This document shows positions 1-9,925 of a DNA stretch of 64,000 bases, piece by piece. The first letter of the stretch is position 1. Each line of letters starts with the position of its first letter. The stretch spans positions 685-64,684 of the forward strand of contig CAYNGY010000005.1 of the NCBI GenBank assembly GCA_964397195.1, read 5' to 3'. A program made the position numbers and the translations under genes. Origin of the DNA: an uncultured Gammaproteobacteria bacterium (GTDB lineage Bacteria; Patescibacteriota; Patescibacteriia; SBBC01; CAIJZX01). The notes under the pieces are model-generated. The model had not been told where the DNA came from. It saw nothing but the letters and a program-made list of their open reading frames with translations, and searched no databases.

Positions 1-1376
<1,376 letters not shown>

Positions 1377-1745
1377 TAGGGAGTACTCAGCTGCCGTTTT
1401 GACGGCACAGAGTCACAGTATTGTCGGTGTACGTACATACTGTACGATCGATGTCCTTCGGGATATCGAACAAGACCTAGATGGTCGCGTTCAATCCAAT
1501 GCCTCATGATCTCCGGAACTTGTTTCCGGACGTATCGTGAACAGGATCGAACTAGGCATCGTGAAACGATGCATACAACAGTTGCCGAGACTGTCTTCTC
1601 GGCAAAAACCCGCGGCCTTCTGATCACATTTTGACGGTTCTCTCTCGCACGGCGCACGACGCGCCTGTTTTGTGTATTTACGTAGTCTCGGAATACGGCA
1701 AAAACCATTTTTGCTCTGCGCTGAACGTGGTATCCTTCCAAGTAT

Positions 1746-1946
1746 ATGGGAATCACGATTGCACTCTACGGACTAGCCGCATTTTGTTTTATCCATATTA
1801 TTCGGGACATCCTCCAAATTAACGGCGTGAAGAATTGGTTTACGGAGTTTGGCCATTTTTGGCACGCACCACAATACGAAAAACACGGCATGGCGATTCT
1901 CTTCATCATCGGCGCGACCTGTCTGTGGGTGGCGATTGGGCGATAA
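1746..1946 (+). CDS. small two-TM membrane protein, hypothetical
   Basis: 66-aa ORF with two hydrophobic segments; TGGTATCCT -10-like element 9 nt before the ATG. Confidence 0.65.
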   Translation: MGITIALYGLAAFCFIHIIRDILQINGVKNWFTEFGHFWHAPQYEKHGMAILFIIGATCLWVAIGR

Positions 1947-1961
1947 AAACCCGCGCCGGCT

Positions 1962-2483
1962 CTACTGAGCGGGCGCGGTCATGACGCGAGGGCGATCGGG
2001 TGGTTCGGGGCGCGTGCGAGCCCAGATCCAGAGCGTGGCTGGCCAGTTGAGGATGCGTCGCATCCACGACTCGACGCTGTTGAGCTCCAGCCGAATCGGA
2101 ATGATCATAGCGTTCGGGAAGTATCGCGAGAAGACGATCCGCACGCGATCTTGGGTCGTCCAATTGCAGGCGACAACGACGGTTTGGTACCGATCACCGA
2201 GACGCGCGTCGAACTCCCGGACCGTGGCCACAAATGAGTCGCGTGGAATGACCACGTGGGCGACGAGGTCCTCGCCACCGAAAAGCTGGCGGGTATTGAT
2301 GATGAGCGAACCGATGGCGGCGATGCGATCGTAACGACCGGCGTCAGCCATGAACCACACCGGCACGCTATCGTACGTCAGCAGGTGATCACCGACCGCA
2401 ATCCGAAGAAAATGGAAACGGTTTTGCCGCTGCACAACCACCGGATCGGCGATCACGACAATATGGGTAAGGTGCTTGGGCAT
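1962..2483 (-). CDS. hypothetical protein (weak resemblance to DUF218/YdcF)
   Basis: 173-aa ORF filling the gap between flanking genes; the family resemblance is only impressionistic. Confidence 0.55.
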   Translation of the reverse strand: MPKHLTHIVVIADPVVVQRQNRFHFLRIAVGDHLLTYDSVPVWFMADAGRYDRIAAIGSLIINTRQLFGGEDLVAHVVIPRDSFVATVREFDARLGDRYQTVVVACNWTTQDRVRIVFSRYFPNAMIIPIRLELNSVESWMRRILNWPATLWIWARTRPEPPDRPRVMTAPAQ

Positions 2484-2610
2484 GGGCCCCTCCTTTTCAG
2501 ATGAGAGCCACTCTCATGTAGAGGCTACGTCGGGGACGAGCAACCGTCAAGGCAACTTTGTCTTTATCGCCCCCGAAGAGTACAATACCCCTATAGAAGG
2601 AGAAAACCCT

Positions 2611-3246
2611 ATGAACAAAGCGTATATCGGCCTTATCCTCGCCATCAGCCTCGTCGCCTTTGGCGCCGGGTGCGGAAAGAAGGCGATTGAGAATGTTAAT
2701 GACGAATCCATTGTGAATCAAGGGTTTGATTTGAATGACGCCCTAGATTTAAACGTGTCTGAGGTTGAGAATACGAATGTCGATGTGAATGAAAACACCA
2801 ATTCGGACCTGGCAACAAATACGAATGAATCGGTGGCAACGAATGAGAACACCAACGCAGTGACTAACTCGTCCGTCAGCAATAAGAACACGAACACGGC
2901 GACAGCTACCGGTACCATTGCCATCACCTCCCCGGCCAGCGACGATGAGCTGGTATCACCATTCTATGTTGAAGGCACGGCCTCGAGCGGTAGTCTCGTC
3001 TATGTACGGCTCAAAGCGAGCGGCGTGACCATCTTTACCGAAAAAGTGTCGGTCAAAAACGGGGCTTTTAAAGGAAAACTCCTTTTCGACTTCTCACGTA
3101 CAACAAATGGCACCATCGACGTCTTCCAAAAGAACGCCGACGAAGAGGAAGTGAATCTCACCAGTGTTGATGTGCGGTTCAAGTTGTCGAGTACGAACAC
3201 GAATGCTGCAGCCAACAGCAACACGAATACGAACACCAACCTCTAA
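2611..3246 (+). CDS. lipoprotein with Asn/Thr-rich linker and Gmad2-like Ig domain
   Basis: Start moved to MNKAYIG after an AGGAG SD; lipobox GAGC; NTN-rich stalk; ITSP...SPFYVEGTA Ig-like domain. Confidence 0.85.
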   Translation: MNKAYIGLILAISLVAFGAGCGKKAIENVNDESIVNQGFDLNDALDLNVSEVENTNVDVNENTNSDLATNTNESVATNENTNAVTNSSVSNKNTNTATATGTIAITSPASDDELVSPFYVEGTASSGSLVYVRLKASGVTIFTEKVSVKNGAFKGKLLFDFSRTTNGTIDVFQKNADEEEVNLTSVDVRFKLSSTNTNAAANSNTNTNTNL

Positions 3247-3256
3247 CACCCACCCG

Positions 3257-3290
3257 AAAACACCCTGTGCCCAGCGTACGGGGTGTTTTT
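3257..3290. terminator. bidirectional intrinsic terminator
   Basis: AAAACACCCTGTGC-CCA-GCGTACGGGGTGTTTTT hairpin between convergent genes. Confidence 0.75.
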
Positions 3291-4557
3291 ATTCTGATCG
3301 CGCTGTCCGAATGTCGACCCGTGAAAACCCCGACCAGTTATTGTCGACGAATCCGTCGTACTGTCCAGCCGACCAGACAACTCGGCCCGTTGGATCGTTT
3401 TGAACATATTGCGGACGGAAATTGTCTCGACCGGAGTTTCGCGTGATTTGCTGACGTCGTTTCCAGCCCTGATTGTTTTTTGACCAGATCTCAATCTCCT
3501 TGGTTGAACGCTGCGCGCTGAGCACGACTCGCTGGATATCGCGCGGGTCGATGACAATGCCGCCGGCATAAAAATGGGTGGCGCCGTACAATAGTGTTGT
3601 GTCGATGATGTGCTCGGCACGCCAAGCACCATCCTGGACACTGGCGTATCCGTACCACGTGCGACCGGCCTCCGATTGAACATACGTCATCGCTGGCACG
3701 CCGTCAGAAGAGATAACAACGTCCCAGATATAGAGCGCTTCATCATTGGTAACAATAGCCTCCGCATTCTCCGCCCGTGCCGGGAGTACTTGCAAAGACC
3801 GGTTCGACTGATGCCAGCTGGTGCCGCCGTCATCGCTCGACATATAGTACAACCCTTTCGGACGACCCCCGTTTGGTCGAGTACTCCACGCCAAGTCTAG
3901 ACGATTTTCTTTTTGGCTCACCAGCGCATAAACCCCGAATGATGCGCCAAAAGAGATGAGCGTGGTCGGCGCGCCCCACGACCGTCCGGCATCCGCGGAC
4001 GTCGTCATGATTTCTGCGCTTTGGCGCCAGTTTCCACGTCGAAGAAAGAGTGCGATGTCGCCCGAGGGCAGGCGTTTTGCTTGCGGATAATCATATTCTG
4101 CATCGGTACCGGTAAAGATCGGCGTCCACGGGGTCCATGAGTTCATATCTTCCGGCGTGCCCATGCGCTGGACACCAATCGCATCGTGAACATCGTGGAT
4201 GGCGGTAAAAACAAGCAACGTACCATCGGGGAGCATGAGCACTGACGGCCCATTATGATCATCAATCGCGTCTTCCCCGAACGTCTTTTTCGCATCAAAA
4301 ATATTTACCGGCGGTAACCAGGCATTTTGACCGTGGTCGAATGCGCGGAGTACTACCTGACCGTCATGCGAGATCCACGTTACGTACGTCCGATCGTATT
4401 GGCCCTTAAAACGAACTGCGGCTGGCTTCTGGAACCACTCAAAAATACCTTGCGATCCAATTCGATCACCATTCTCCCGCTGCCAGGCGTTCGCCGTCAC
4501 TAAAACGCCAATGGCGAGAACGAGGAGAACGGGGATGCGCCAACGCCAAAAAAACAT
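3289..4557 (-). CDS. secreted BNR-repeat (BNR_4-like) beta-propeller protein
   Basis: Asp-boxes SADAGRSW and SDDGGTSW, DDHN motif, N-terminal hydrophobic segment; start moved to MFFWRW behind a TATCCT -10 box. Confidence 0.85.
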   Translation of the reverse strand: MFFWRWRIPVLLVLAIGVLVTANAWQRENGDRIGSQGIFEWFQKPAAVRFKGQYDRTYVTWISHDGQVVLRAFDHGQNAWLPPVNIFDAKKTFGEDAIDDHNGPSVLMLPDGTLLVFTAIHDVHDAIGVQRMGTPEDMNSWTPWTPIFTGTDAEYDYPQAKRLPSGDIALFLRRGNWRQSAEIMTTSADAGRSWGAPTTLISFGASFGVYALVSQKENRLDLAWSTRPNGGRPKGLYYMSSDDGGTSWHQSNRSLQVLPARAENAEAIVTNDEALYIWDVVISSDGVPAMTYVQSEAGRTWYGYASVQDGAWRAEHIIDTTLLYGATHFYAGGIVIDPRDIQRVVLSAQRSTKEIEIWSKNNQGWKRRQQITRNSGRDNFRPQYVQNDPTGRVVWSAGQYDGFVDNNWSGFSRVDIRTARSE

Positions 4558-4590
4558 GTCTACAGGATAGCACGCTTTCACTGTCTCAGC

Positions 4591-5853
4591 TTATTTTAGG
4601 GTCGTGGTGCGAATGGTCATCCGCGTATACCCGGTCCAATTTCCATTTACTAACCCGTCATATACACCGGCCGACCAGATGATGCGTCCGGATGGATCGT
4701 TTTGAACGAATTGTGGTCGGACATTAATGCGACCGGATTTATTTGTGACAACGCGTTCATGCCGCCATCCCCAACGAGACCTCGTATAGGTTGAAAGTTC
4801 GAGACGCGGCGAGACGCGGCTAACGAGGACGCGGTCTGGGTTGCGCGGATCAAAAACGATGCCGCCCGCATAATAGTGCGTTCGTCCATAAAAAAGTCCG
4901 GCGCCAGTGACCGTTTCACTCCGCCAGTGACCACCGATGTACCGGCTCACCACATAGCGCGTTTTCTTGCCGTCGCCAGTAACGAATGCTACCCGCGGAC
5001 TACCAGCAACTGCGCCCGTCACATCCCACACATACGTTGGATCCGGGCTGGAATAGACGACTTCGCTGGCGGCTCGTGTGATTGGGAGCGCGTATCTCTG
5101 TCCGCTCATTTTTTGCCACGTCACACCGCCGTCAAGACTTCGGGCAAAATAGATATTCGTGGGGCGACCATTCCCGGCACGTCGACTCCACGCCAGGTCG
5201 AACCGACTCCCGTGGGCATCGATGACCGCGTAGATGCCGATGTCCTGTCCAAAGCGAATCAGCGTCGTTGGTGTCGACCAGGAATGTCCGCCGTCCGTCG
5301 ATCGAAGGATGGCTTCGGTGGCACCAGCCCAGCTGCCACGGCGGACAAACAAGACGATGGTGCCGTCGGAGAGTAATTTCGCCTGAGGGTAATTGAACGA
5401 GGCGGCCGGTTCGACGCTTGAGATACGGATGCGGTCTGACCACGCGGAGACATCTCCGGGCGCCGTCATAACCTTGGCGAAGAGATTGTTGGGAATATCG
5501 TGGACGGCGTAAAAAATCATGATTCGACCGTCGGCGAGGGCCAGTAGGGACGGGGCGTTATGATCATCCCGACCTTCTATACCGAAAGAACTCGCCAGAT
5601 CATCAATGGTGACCACGCCGCCCCAGGCGCCTCGCGCGTTATCTCGAGCACGGAGCTGAATTTGGCCAGCGGCGTTTATCCAGCTGACGTAGGTCATATC
5701 AGTGGGGCGAGTGACACGAACTGCGGCTGGTTTCTGGAACCACTCAAAAACTCCATTTGCGGCGAGGAGATTACCGGCCGCCGTTTTAGCCTGCGCACCA
5801 AACGGGACAAGAAACAATGCCCCGACGACCAGAAAAACGATGGACTTCCTCAT
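4591..5853 (-). CDS. secreted BNR-repeat (BNR_4-like) protein, paralog of the adjacent gene
   Basis: Signal peptide MRKSIVFLVVGALFLVPFGAQA; shares FEWFQKPAAVR, DDHN, YPQAK and Asp-boxes (STDGGHSW, SLDGGVTW) with 3289-4557. Confidence 0.85.
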   Translation of the reverse strand: MRKSIVFLVVGALFLVPFGAQAKTAAGNLLAANGVFEWFQKPAAVRVTRPTDMTYVSWINAAGQIQLRARDNARGAWGGVVTIDDLASSFGIEGRDDHNAPSLLALADGRIMIFYAVHDIPNNLFAKVMTAPGDVSAWSDRIRISSVEPAASFNYPQAKLLSDGTIVLFVRRGSWAGATEAILRSTDGGHSWSTPTTLIRFGQDIGIYAVIDAHGSRFDLAWSRRAGNGRPTNIYFARSLDGGVTWQKMSGQRYALPITRAASEVVYSSPDPTYVWDVTGAVAGSPRVAFVTGDGKKTRYVVSRYIGGHWRSETVTGAGLFYGRTHYYAGGIVFDPRNPDRVLVSRVSPRLELSTYTRSRWGWRHERVVTNKSGRINVRPQFVQNDPSGRIIWSAGVYDGLVNGNWTGYTRMTIRTTTLK

Positions 5854-5883
5854 AGCGGATAGTATAGCAGAGTCTCTTGGGCC

Positions 5884-5912
5884 TTGCTTTCTCCGCCGGA
5901 ATTTGGTAGCGT
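5884..5912 (+). promoter_or_regulatory. sigma70-type promoter for the tRNA-Ile locus
   Basis: TTGCTT-17 bp-TAGCGT. Confidence 0.55.
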
Positions 5913-5927
5913 GGATGAGCTCAAATT

Positions 5928-5946
5928 GGGCGTGTAGCTCAGATGG
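5928..5946 (+). repeat. exact 19-nt direct repeat of the tRNA-Ile 5' end
   Basis: GGGCGTGTAGCTCAGATGG is identical to 6052-6070. Confidence 0.95.
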
Positions 5947-6051
5947 GCCGAGTCCACAAGCGACACCAACTGCTTGGTGCCGCGCGGGACGAGGCGGGCG
6001 ACCCGATGTTCCGCGAGGAACCGGGGCGCCCCGGAACTTCACATATGATAC

Positions 6052-6128
6052 GGGCGTGTAGCTCAGATGGTTAGAGCGCGTCACTGATAATGACGAGGTC
6101 CCTGGTTCGATTCCAGGCACGCCCACCA
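6052..6128 (+). tRNA. tRNA-Ile (GAT)
   Basis: Cloverleaf: GGGCGTG/CACGCCC acceptor, anticodon arm CGTCA-CTGATAA-TGACG, GGTTCGATTCC T arm, encoded CCA. Confidence 0.98.
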
Positions 6129-6148
6129 AGAAATCAATCGTTGAAGCT

Positions 6149-6631
6149 ATGTCCACGACTGCGGTGCGGATCAGAGCGGCGGCAATCATGCCGCATCAGG
6201 ACAACATATTACTCATGCACCGCCTCAACCGTGGCCAAGAGTATTTTGTTTTTCCAGGCGGTGGGGTTGAGGAGAACGAGACCATTGAACACGCGGTTCT
6301 ACGTGAAGTATTGGAGGAAACTACAATTAACGCGGAGATCGAGAAGCTCATCTATCACCATGTTTACGACAATGGGTCCGAGCAGTATTACTACCTATGC
6401 CGGTATGTTCGGGGTACTCCTAAGCTCGGGGAGGCAAATGAATCTGCGTCGATGGCTCGAGGTGATGATCAATTTTTCGAGCCGGCGTGGTACCCGATTT
6501 CTTCAATATCACACATGCTTCTTTATCCGCTCGAAATCCGTGACTGGCTCATCGCCGACCTAGCACGTGGATTCCCGGCCACTCCAAGAAGTGCCTCATA
6601 TCGGATTGCCGACTTGCGGCAGTCACTATAA
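6149..6631 (+). CDS. NUDIX hydrolase
   Basis: Nudix box GGGVEENETIEHAVLREVLEET. Confidence 0.93.
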   Translation: MSTTAVRIRAAAIMPHQDNILLMHRLNRGQEYFVFPGGGVEENETIEHAVLREVLEETTINAEIEKLIYHHVYDNGSEQYYYLCRYVRGTPKLGEANESASMARGDDQFFEPAWYPISSISHMLLYPLEIRDWLIADLARGFPATPRSASYRIADLRQSL

Positions 6632-6636
6632 AGCTT

Positions 6637-7092
6637 ATGGACACCCTCGCGCACGGACTTTGGGCTATCGCCCTCGGAAAAACTGGGCGGACGCGTACCC
6701 CGTGGTGGGCACTCGCTATTGTAGGGGCGGGGCCGGATTTGGTGTGGCTACCGTTCACGTTTGTGAACCTGGTTAGCTCGGGAAAAATCTATTTCTTTCA
6801 GGGACCATATAATATTTCTCATAGCCTTGTCATTTGGGCGGCGCTCACGCTCATTGCCACATTGAAGTGGCGGCGGGCGATTTTTTGGACATGGCCGTGG
6901 GCACTGCATATCGTGATTGATGTCCCGGGACATTTGGATATGTTCACACCAATCCTCTGGCCCATTTCACACTGGAATATTCCCGGACGTTTTGATTGGC
7001 TGTCGCCACAATATTTTATCGGAACATATCTTGCGCTGCTGATAATTTTTCTTGTCTTGTTTTTTTTGCGTCGGAAATCGTTCCGTTCTTAG
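6637..7092 (+). CDS. membrane metal-dependent hydrolase (YdjM/DUF457-like)
   Basis: MD..AH, PD, SHS and HIVID motifs in a multi-TM protein. Confidence 0.8.
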   Translation: MDTLAHGLWAIALGKTGRTRTPWWALAIVGAGPDLVWLPFTFVNLVSSGKIYFFQGPYNISHSLVIWAALTLIATLKWRRAIFWTWPWALHIVIDVPGHLDMFTPILWPISHWNIPGRFDWLSPQYFIGTYLALLIIFLVLFFLRRKSFRS

Positions 7093-7126
7093 ACAAAAAG
7101 TGTTATACTAGATGGACTGTGGATAA
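7081..7126 (+). promoter_or_regulatory. promoter with extended -10 followed by a perfect DnaA box
   Basis: TTCCGT-17 bp-TATACT preceded by TG; TGTGGATAA at 7118-7126. Confidence 0.6.
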
Positions 7127-7184
7127 TCTCCATAAACCGAGCGCGGCGAAAATACGCGCGAGAAAATGAAAGGAGGTGGCCATC

Positions 7185-7271
7185 ATGGCAAAGAAAAAGA
7201 AAGCAACAAAGAAAGTTAAGAAGGTTGCGAAGAAAAAGAAGACCGTAAAGCGCGCGAAGAAGCGCCGCTAA
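7185..7271 (+). CDS. 28-aa Lys/Arg-rich basic peptide (histone-H1-like), not in the ORF track
   Basis: MAKKKKATKKVKKVAKKKKTVKRAKKRR; strong SD AAAGGAGGT; own promoter and terminator. Confidence 0.85.
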   Translation: MAKKKKATKKVKKVAKKKKTVKRAKKRR

Positions 7272-7285
7272 CCTTACGAAACGAC

Positions 7286-7318
7286 AACTAACCTACATCG
7301 TAGGTTAGTTTGTTTTTT
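7286..7318 (+). terminator. intrinsic terminator
   Basis: AACTAACCTAC-ATC-GTAGGTTAGTT followed by TGTTTTTT. Confidence 0.7.
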
Positions 7319-8549
7319 GTGTACTTCCGCGCCCGACGAACGGTAGCATGAGAATCGCCGTCGTTAAGAGGACTAGGTCGTTCTTCAGTATCGGTGTATC
7401 AACGAACCCGTGGACGATAATTGTCACCAGAGCGGCTAGGCTCATCAAGCTAGGGACGCGGTGTACTGGAATGCGCAGGAGGCGCCAGAGCATCACCAGT
7501 GCGTATCCAAGACCGACGAGCAGGGTCAGCACGGCTACGGCGCCACCCTCGAGCCAGACCGCTAACCAAAGCTGATGCGGCTGGGACACGAGCCATTCGA
7601 GTGGTGGGAAGTAGTGTTTCGGAATTTCCTGACGGTAGGCGACCTCAAATTGATTTGGGCCGATTCCGACCAACGGGTGTTGACGAACGAGCGCCCATGA
7701 CGTGACCCAGATTTGTTCGCGCACTTTTCCCGAGGAGCGTCCGGCGTCAAAATGCTGACCAAAGTTTTTTGTTGTACTGAGGGCAACGACACCGACGATG
7801 GCACCGATCACGCCAGCCCACAGGAGTGTTTTTTTCCAGCGTGATGCCGGTAATGCATACCAGATCGTGACCGCCCCGGCGGCGGCGGCAATGTATCCGC
7901 CATACGAAACCGTCGCGAGTAGTGCCACCGCCATCACCCCGGCAAACCACCACCAACTCAATCGCATCCGCCGTTGCGTTAATGCCGCCACGGTAAAGAC
8001 GAGGATGGGGGCAATATACATAGCGGCATAGTTCGCCACCGGGACATAGAATGAACTAAGGCGGCCGTCGTGCGCCGTCGAACGAAGAAAGACCATTTGA
8101 TACAGCCCTGCGGCGGCGACTATTGTCCCGCTGAGCGTAATACTCTGAATCCATGCGGCTCGCTCCGAATCGGTACGGACGATGGTGGCGACAAGGCCCG
8201 CGTAGAGCAGGCCGTCAAACCACCAGGCCTTAAGCGCACCGGCGCCCGCCCGAATATCAGGCGAGACAACTGTGGCCACAATCCATGCGATGCTCCAGAG
8301 ACTCACGAGAATCCAGGTAGCGCGTGTCCACTCTAGGCGCGCCCAGGCAATGCGTCGCATGAGCAGGGCGACCAAAACTCCAAGTGCCGTCGCGTAGAGT
8401 GCAAGCTCGAGAAATGTGGTGGGAATGCCGCCGATCGTCCAACGCCAGAGATATGAAGGAAAGAGAAGTGAGAGTGCGCCGAGCGCAAAGATTGGACGCC
8501 ACCACGCTAGGAGGCCGAGTAGTGCGAGCGGGATGATAAGAAGAATCAT
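7305..8549 (-). CDS. O-antigen ligase family (Wzy_C) membrane protein
   Basis: Multi-TM; R..IW......HPLVGIG and PHQ motifs; ATGA coupling to the upstream gene. Confidence 0.88.
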   Translation of the reverse strand: MILLIIPLALLGLLAWWRPIFALGALSLLFPSYLWRWTIGGIPTTFLELALYATALGVLVALLMRRIAWARLEWTRATWILVSLWSIAWIVATVVSPDIRAGAGALKAWWFDGLLYAGLVATIVRTDSERAAWIQSITLSGTIVAAAGLYQMVFLRSTAHDGRLSSFYVPVANYAAMYIAPILVFTVAALTQRRMRLSWWWFAGVMAVALLATVSYGGYIAAAAGAVTIWYALPASRWKKTLLWAGVIGAIVGVVALSTTKNFGQHFDAGRSSGKVREQIWVTSWALVRQHPLVGIGPNQFEVAYRQEIPKHYFPPLEWLVSQPHQLWLAVWLEGGAVAVLTLLVGLGYALVMLWRLLRIPVHRVPSLMSLAALVTIIVHGFVDTPILKNDLVLLTTAILMLPFVGRGSTQKTN

Positions 8550-9925
8550 GATGCCTCCTCCGCACGAACGGCCACCCCGATACCGACGACAATCCACATC
8601 CACTGCATGATGTGTGGGTACAATAATCCGTTTACAAACTGGCTGTGAATGAAGAGGGCGGCAATGGCCGCGGCGGCGCCAAGACCAACCGCCCGCCAAT
8701 CGCGCGAGACGCTCTTATTCATAGCCGTACGAATCATTTCCCAAAACATCGCCCCAATGAGCCAGAGATAGGCGATCAAGCCGCCGAGACCGGTGGTTGC
8801 GGTGATGAGTAAAAGACTCGAGTCGGATCCGGTCGCGGAGTGTGCCTTATCGTCTTCGAGAAATCCAGCCAAGTCTTGGGCCTCACGATACAAATTATAG
8901 CCAACACCGGTGACGGGGTGATCGGCGATAATGGTGAACGCATTTTTCCATGATACAATACGAAGCTGGGCGGTTTCATCGATTGAACGAATCCCGAGAA
9001 CGCGTTCTTGGACCCGTGGTACAAAGAGGAAAACGGCCACGAGCGCTAGCGCCCCGACGTAGAGCACCCATCGAGCCCGCAGTGCAGTCACAAACGCAAA
9101 GGCGATGGCGAACGCGACATAGCCGCTCCGAGAGTAGGTGAGAACCACCGCGAGGGACATGATCATTGTCGCCGCCCACCACCAAAATCCGCGTCGTCCG
9201 CGATCGATAGCTACGCTGAGCGTGATCCCGATCGTGGCGGCTAAGTACCCGGCGAGGAAGTTCGGATCAAACCATGTTGAGAGTAGCCGACCAATGTGTG
9301 GGTCCCATCCTTTGGGCGCCATAAACGAGAAGTCCGGAAAGAGCTGAAGCTGGATGAACCCCAAAATACTAATGCCCACACCAGCCCACACCAGCCCGAG
9401 TAGAATCGCCCAGGCCGTCGTCCGGCGAGTGGCGAGGTGGAGCGTAATGAACAAGAGAGCGGCATATTCGAGCCATCGGACATAGTACAGCGCACCAGAA
9501 AAAAGATCCTCCGCAACGTAGGCGCTCCGGTTAGCAAAAAGGGATATGGCCATGCACAGCGCGACAGCGGCCATCGGGAGCCACAACGACATTCGTGGCA
9601 GAATAATCGAACGTGAGCCGAGCCGACGCAGGAGCCAAACCATAATTAAGATGGGGAGCAGGATATCGTTCGGTAAGAGCGCCTGCGAACCGCCTGCGAT
9701 TGGAATTCGGACAAGCTGCCCGAGGACCGTACTGCCAATAACGGCCCAGAAGAGCAGTTCTGGCTTGATCATGATGACAACAACTAGTCCGAAGGCGACG
9801 ATGGCGCCGACGCCCCATAGCCCAAAAAAACCGATGATGCCGCCGATCGCTAGCGCCCCAGCGCCCGCGGCGACCCAATATCGCCAGGTAACGGCATCTT
9901 TGATGCGTGGCAAATGATTGATCAT
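8546..9925 (-). CDS. O-antigen ligase family (Wzy_C) membrane protein
   Basis: STWFDPNFLAGY, TYSRSG and HPVTGVG motifs; ATGA coupling to the flippase. Confidence 0.88.
   Translation of the reverse strand: MINHLPRIKDAVTWRYWVAAGAGALAIGGIIGFFGLWGVGAIVAFGLVVVIMIKPELLFWAVIGSTVLGQLVRIPIAGGSQALLPNDILLPILIMVWLLRRLGSRSIILPRMSLWLPMAAVALCMAISLFANRSAYVAEDLFSGALYYVRWLEYAALLFITLHLATRRTTAWAILLGLVWAGVGISILGFIQLQLFPDFSFMAPKGWDPHIGRLLSTWFDPNFLAGYLAATIGITLSVAIDRGRRGFWWWAATMIMSLAVVLTYSRSGYVAFAIAFAFVTALRARWVLYVGALALVAVFLFVPRVQERVLGIRSIDETAQLRIVSWKNAFTIIADHPVTGVGYNLYREAQDLAGFLEDDKAHSATGSDSSLLLITATTGLGGLIAYLWLIGAMFWEMIRTAMNKSVSRDWRAVGLGAAAAIAALFIHSQFVNGLLYPHIMQWMWIVVGIGVAVRAEEAS

Noticed and set aside
1604-1955. 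AAAAACCCGCG occurring at about 1604 and 1945
   Set aside because: Only 11 nt, low complexity, and no other sign of a mobile element
2760-3243. AACACG/AATACG-type repeats as a possible CRISPR or tandem array (also 14617-14725)
   Set aside because: They are codons of Asn/Thr-rich protein linkers with no repeat-spacer structure
5854-6189. N-terminal extension of the 532-aa BNR ORF
   Set aside because: Runs antisense through tRNA-Ile; the signal peptide and -10 box place the start at 5853
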